DNA of 64,000 nt from Paraspadella gotoi (lineage: Eukaryota; Animalia; Chaetognatha): positions 12,650,263 through 12,714,262 of the forward strand of contig CM119264.1 in the NCBI GenBank assembly GCA_051294375.1. The letters are read 5' to 3'. The translations under genes and the position numbers were made by a program. Below, in pieces: positions 62,046 to 64,000 of the stretch. The notes under the pieces are model-generated. The model was not told the origin of the DNA and did no database searches. It saw only the letters and a list, made by a program, of their open reading frames with translations. Each line of letters opens with the position of its first letter. The first letter of the stretch is position 1.

Positions 62046-62168
62046 GCCGTCCCTAAGCTTCGGATCAGGCTGTACTCTGATGTTACAGGCGGGTTAAGCG
62101 ACCCGTTACTCTTAACTGAAACCTGGAACTTTGGGTTGGGAGGCATGCTTCCTGCTCCAATGGCCGCT
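62046..62168 (-). mobile_element. SINE family 2, second copy, with a twister-like fold (62046-62118); predicted catalytic G replaced by A
   Basis: Minus strand: CAGUUAAGAGU-AACGG-GUCGCU-UAA-CCC-GC-CUGUAAC..GUACAG-CCUGA UCCGAAGC UUAGG. Confidence 0.65.
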
Positions 62169-62934
62169 TTCTCAAAAAAAGTTATGAGAAATACCATGAT
62201 GGAAAAAAAAGTGTCGCGGTTACTTTCCAGTTATTTTTCGACATTTTAATGTAAGAATCAAAAATAACATTTAAATATAAAAAACTTTGGCTTTTTGTGA
62301 TTCATATAAGCTGTATCTCATTTATGTATGACAAAAAATACAGGAGTTCTTTGTAAAAAAAAATGCGTTGTCCAAAAAACTGGTTTCTTTATTTTTATCT
62401 TTTTTATATCTACACTTTTTATTTAAACTCAATTACTCATTTCCGGTTCTTTTTTATTACTTTTTGAGTTTAACCAATACTATTAAAAATCCCTGCCTTT
62501 TCTTATTCTCATATCAAATAGTTATTGCATTATCTCCATTAGGATAGATTTAGGAATGAATCTTAATTCATATGTTAAAAAAAGAACAATATTAAAAATA
62601 CATTGATGCTATAAATTTTGCAGAATATTATTTTTAAATTATAAAGTATCAATAAATGTTATAAGGTTCTGGGTAACCTTTCTATAAACAAAGTTATCAT
62701 TTTTATTTACTTTTGGATATATTATCAGAATCAAGTATCAAACAACTCCAAAAATAAAAAAAATAAAGATTTTACTAAATGAAAGAATGAATTATTATAT
62801 TACGCAGCAACAAATCAAGCCTGGTTTACTTAAAAGAGGATTAATATTTTTTCACTGTTTGCTAAGGACCATTTTTTACCCCAAATTTGATAAAAAATAT
62901 CATATCAGAAATATAATTTTAACAATAATATATG

Positions 62935-64000
62935 TGTTTTATTCGTTTACAACAATTAGTTGAAACAGTACATTCAAAAGGGCATACAGCATTACAGATA
63001 AACGCATAAATTGTACAGTTTACAATTCAACAAAATATAAATATTTAAATTAACAGAACGAAGAAAAAAGAAAAAAAAAATCAACAATAAGCTGACAAGA
63101 TTTTTAGAATATTGTTTCTAGAGGAAAAAAGCTTGGATTCAAAGTTTTTTGATCTACAAGCAAAAATTTTATAGATATCATTATATCCAAATGAGGACCT
63201 TAATGATCGTACACTCTCCCATCTATTCCAACCAAAAATTTTTCTAATGCCATCATTTATTGCTACATTTACTTTGGTCATATCTTTTGCAAGATACTCT
63301 TTCACTTCACTTCCGTACGTAAGTATTGTGACACAATTGGTGTAGTACAAACGCATTAAAACTTCTTCTGAGGGTTTATATAAGGAATTAAGGAGACAAT
63401 TGCTAGAGCGGTAGAAAGAGGATAACTCAGATAATGGGTCAAAGACAAATGCTTTTTCATTACTAAGATTAAAACCGAGATATTTCCATCGGTCTACGAA
63501 TTCAATGATATTTCCTTTAATTAGTAAAGAATCTTTGTTGATACAATACTTTTGTTTGCCAAAATACATTGTTTTTGTTTTCTTAAAATTAAAACTAAAA
63601 GCATTGCTACTACTATAGTTAGCACATATATCAATCATTTTTTTCATACCAGAAATTGTTGGAGATAACAAAGCTATATCGTCAGCGTAAAAAATGCTAG
63701 CAGCAAATAAATGATCTATATGGCAACCAAAACCAGATTTTCGTAATTGAATTATCAAGTCATCAATATAAACTGCCCACAGATAGGGACTTAAAATACC
63801 ACCCTGACGAACCCCAGAAACAATAGAGAAATAATCTGAAAAGATGTCAGACCATCTACACCTACTGCGGAGATTAAGGTACCAGTAAGTAATAAGTCGT
63901 AAAAAACATAAGGGAAATTTTCTCTTTATGAGTTTTAGAAATAAACCATAATGGTTAACCTTGTCAAATCCTTTTGAGCAATCCATGAATGTAGCAAACA
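62935..64000 (-). mobile_element. Non-LTR retrotransposon (RTEX/CR1-group-like) 3' part: RT ORF 63081->63986 plus 3' UTR
   Basis: DCSKGFDKVNH, SGVRQGGILSP, YADDIALL, FNFKKTK, KYLG in an uninterrupted frame. AATAAA near 62940. Confidence 0.9.

Overview
Eukaryotic (invertebrate animal, probably lophotrochozoan-like) genomic DNA with short AT-rich spliceosomal introns. Genes in order: XK-related membrane protein (-, truncated at the window edge); bacterial OpgC/MdoC-like acyltransferase-3 gene with introns (+); U1 snRNA; SLC6 amino-acid transporter (+); KLF6/7 (luna-type) transcription factor (+); divergent tropomyosin (+); sphingomyelin synthase (-); CPSF1/CPSF160 (-, 5' end outside the window); ZIP11 exon 1 (+); and a non-LTR RT. 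CPSF1 hosts two nested genes. One is a same-strand ~3,600-aa LRR/SPRY/MSP/EF-hand/Roc-COR/TIR-TIR/CaaX gene in a 16.1-kb intron; the other is antisense ZIP11. Highlights: (1) two families of tRNA-headed SINE-like elements carrying circularly permuted (type-P5) twister-ribozyme folds with covarying pseudoknots, all four copies intronic and sense to a host transcript; (2) the giant Roco-TIR-TIR protein and its poly(A) signal inside CPSF1; (3) a DIRS-like element with its ICR apparently 5' of the ORFs, itself interrupted by a TIR element with a 9-bp TSD. All family assignments come from motif recognition and manual translation; no database searches were run.
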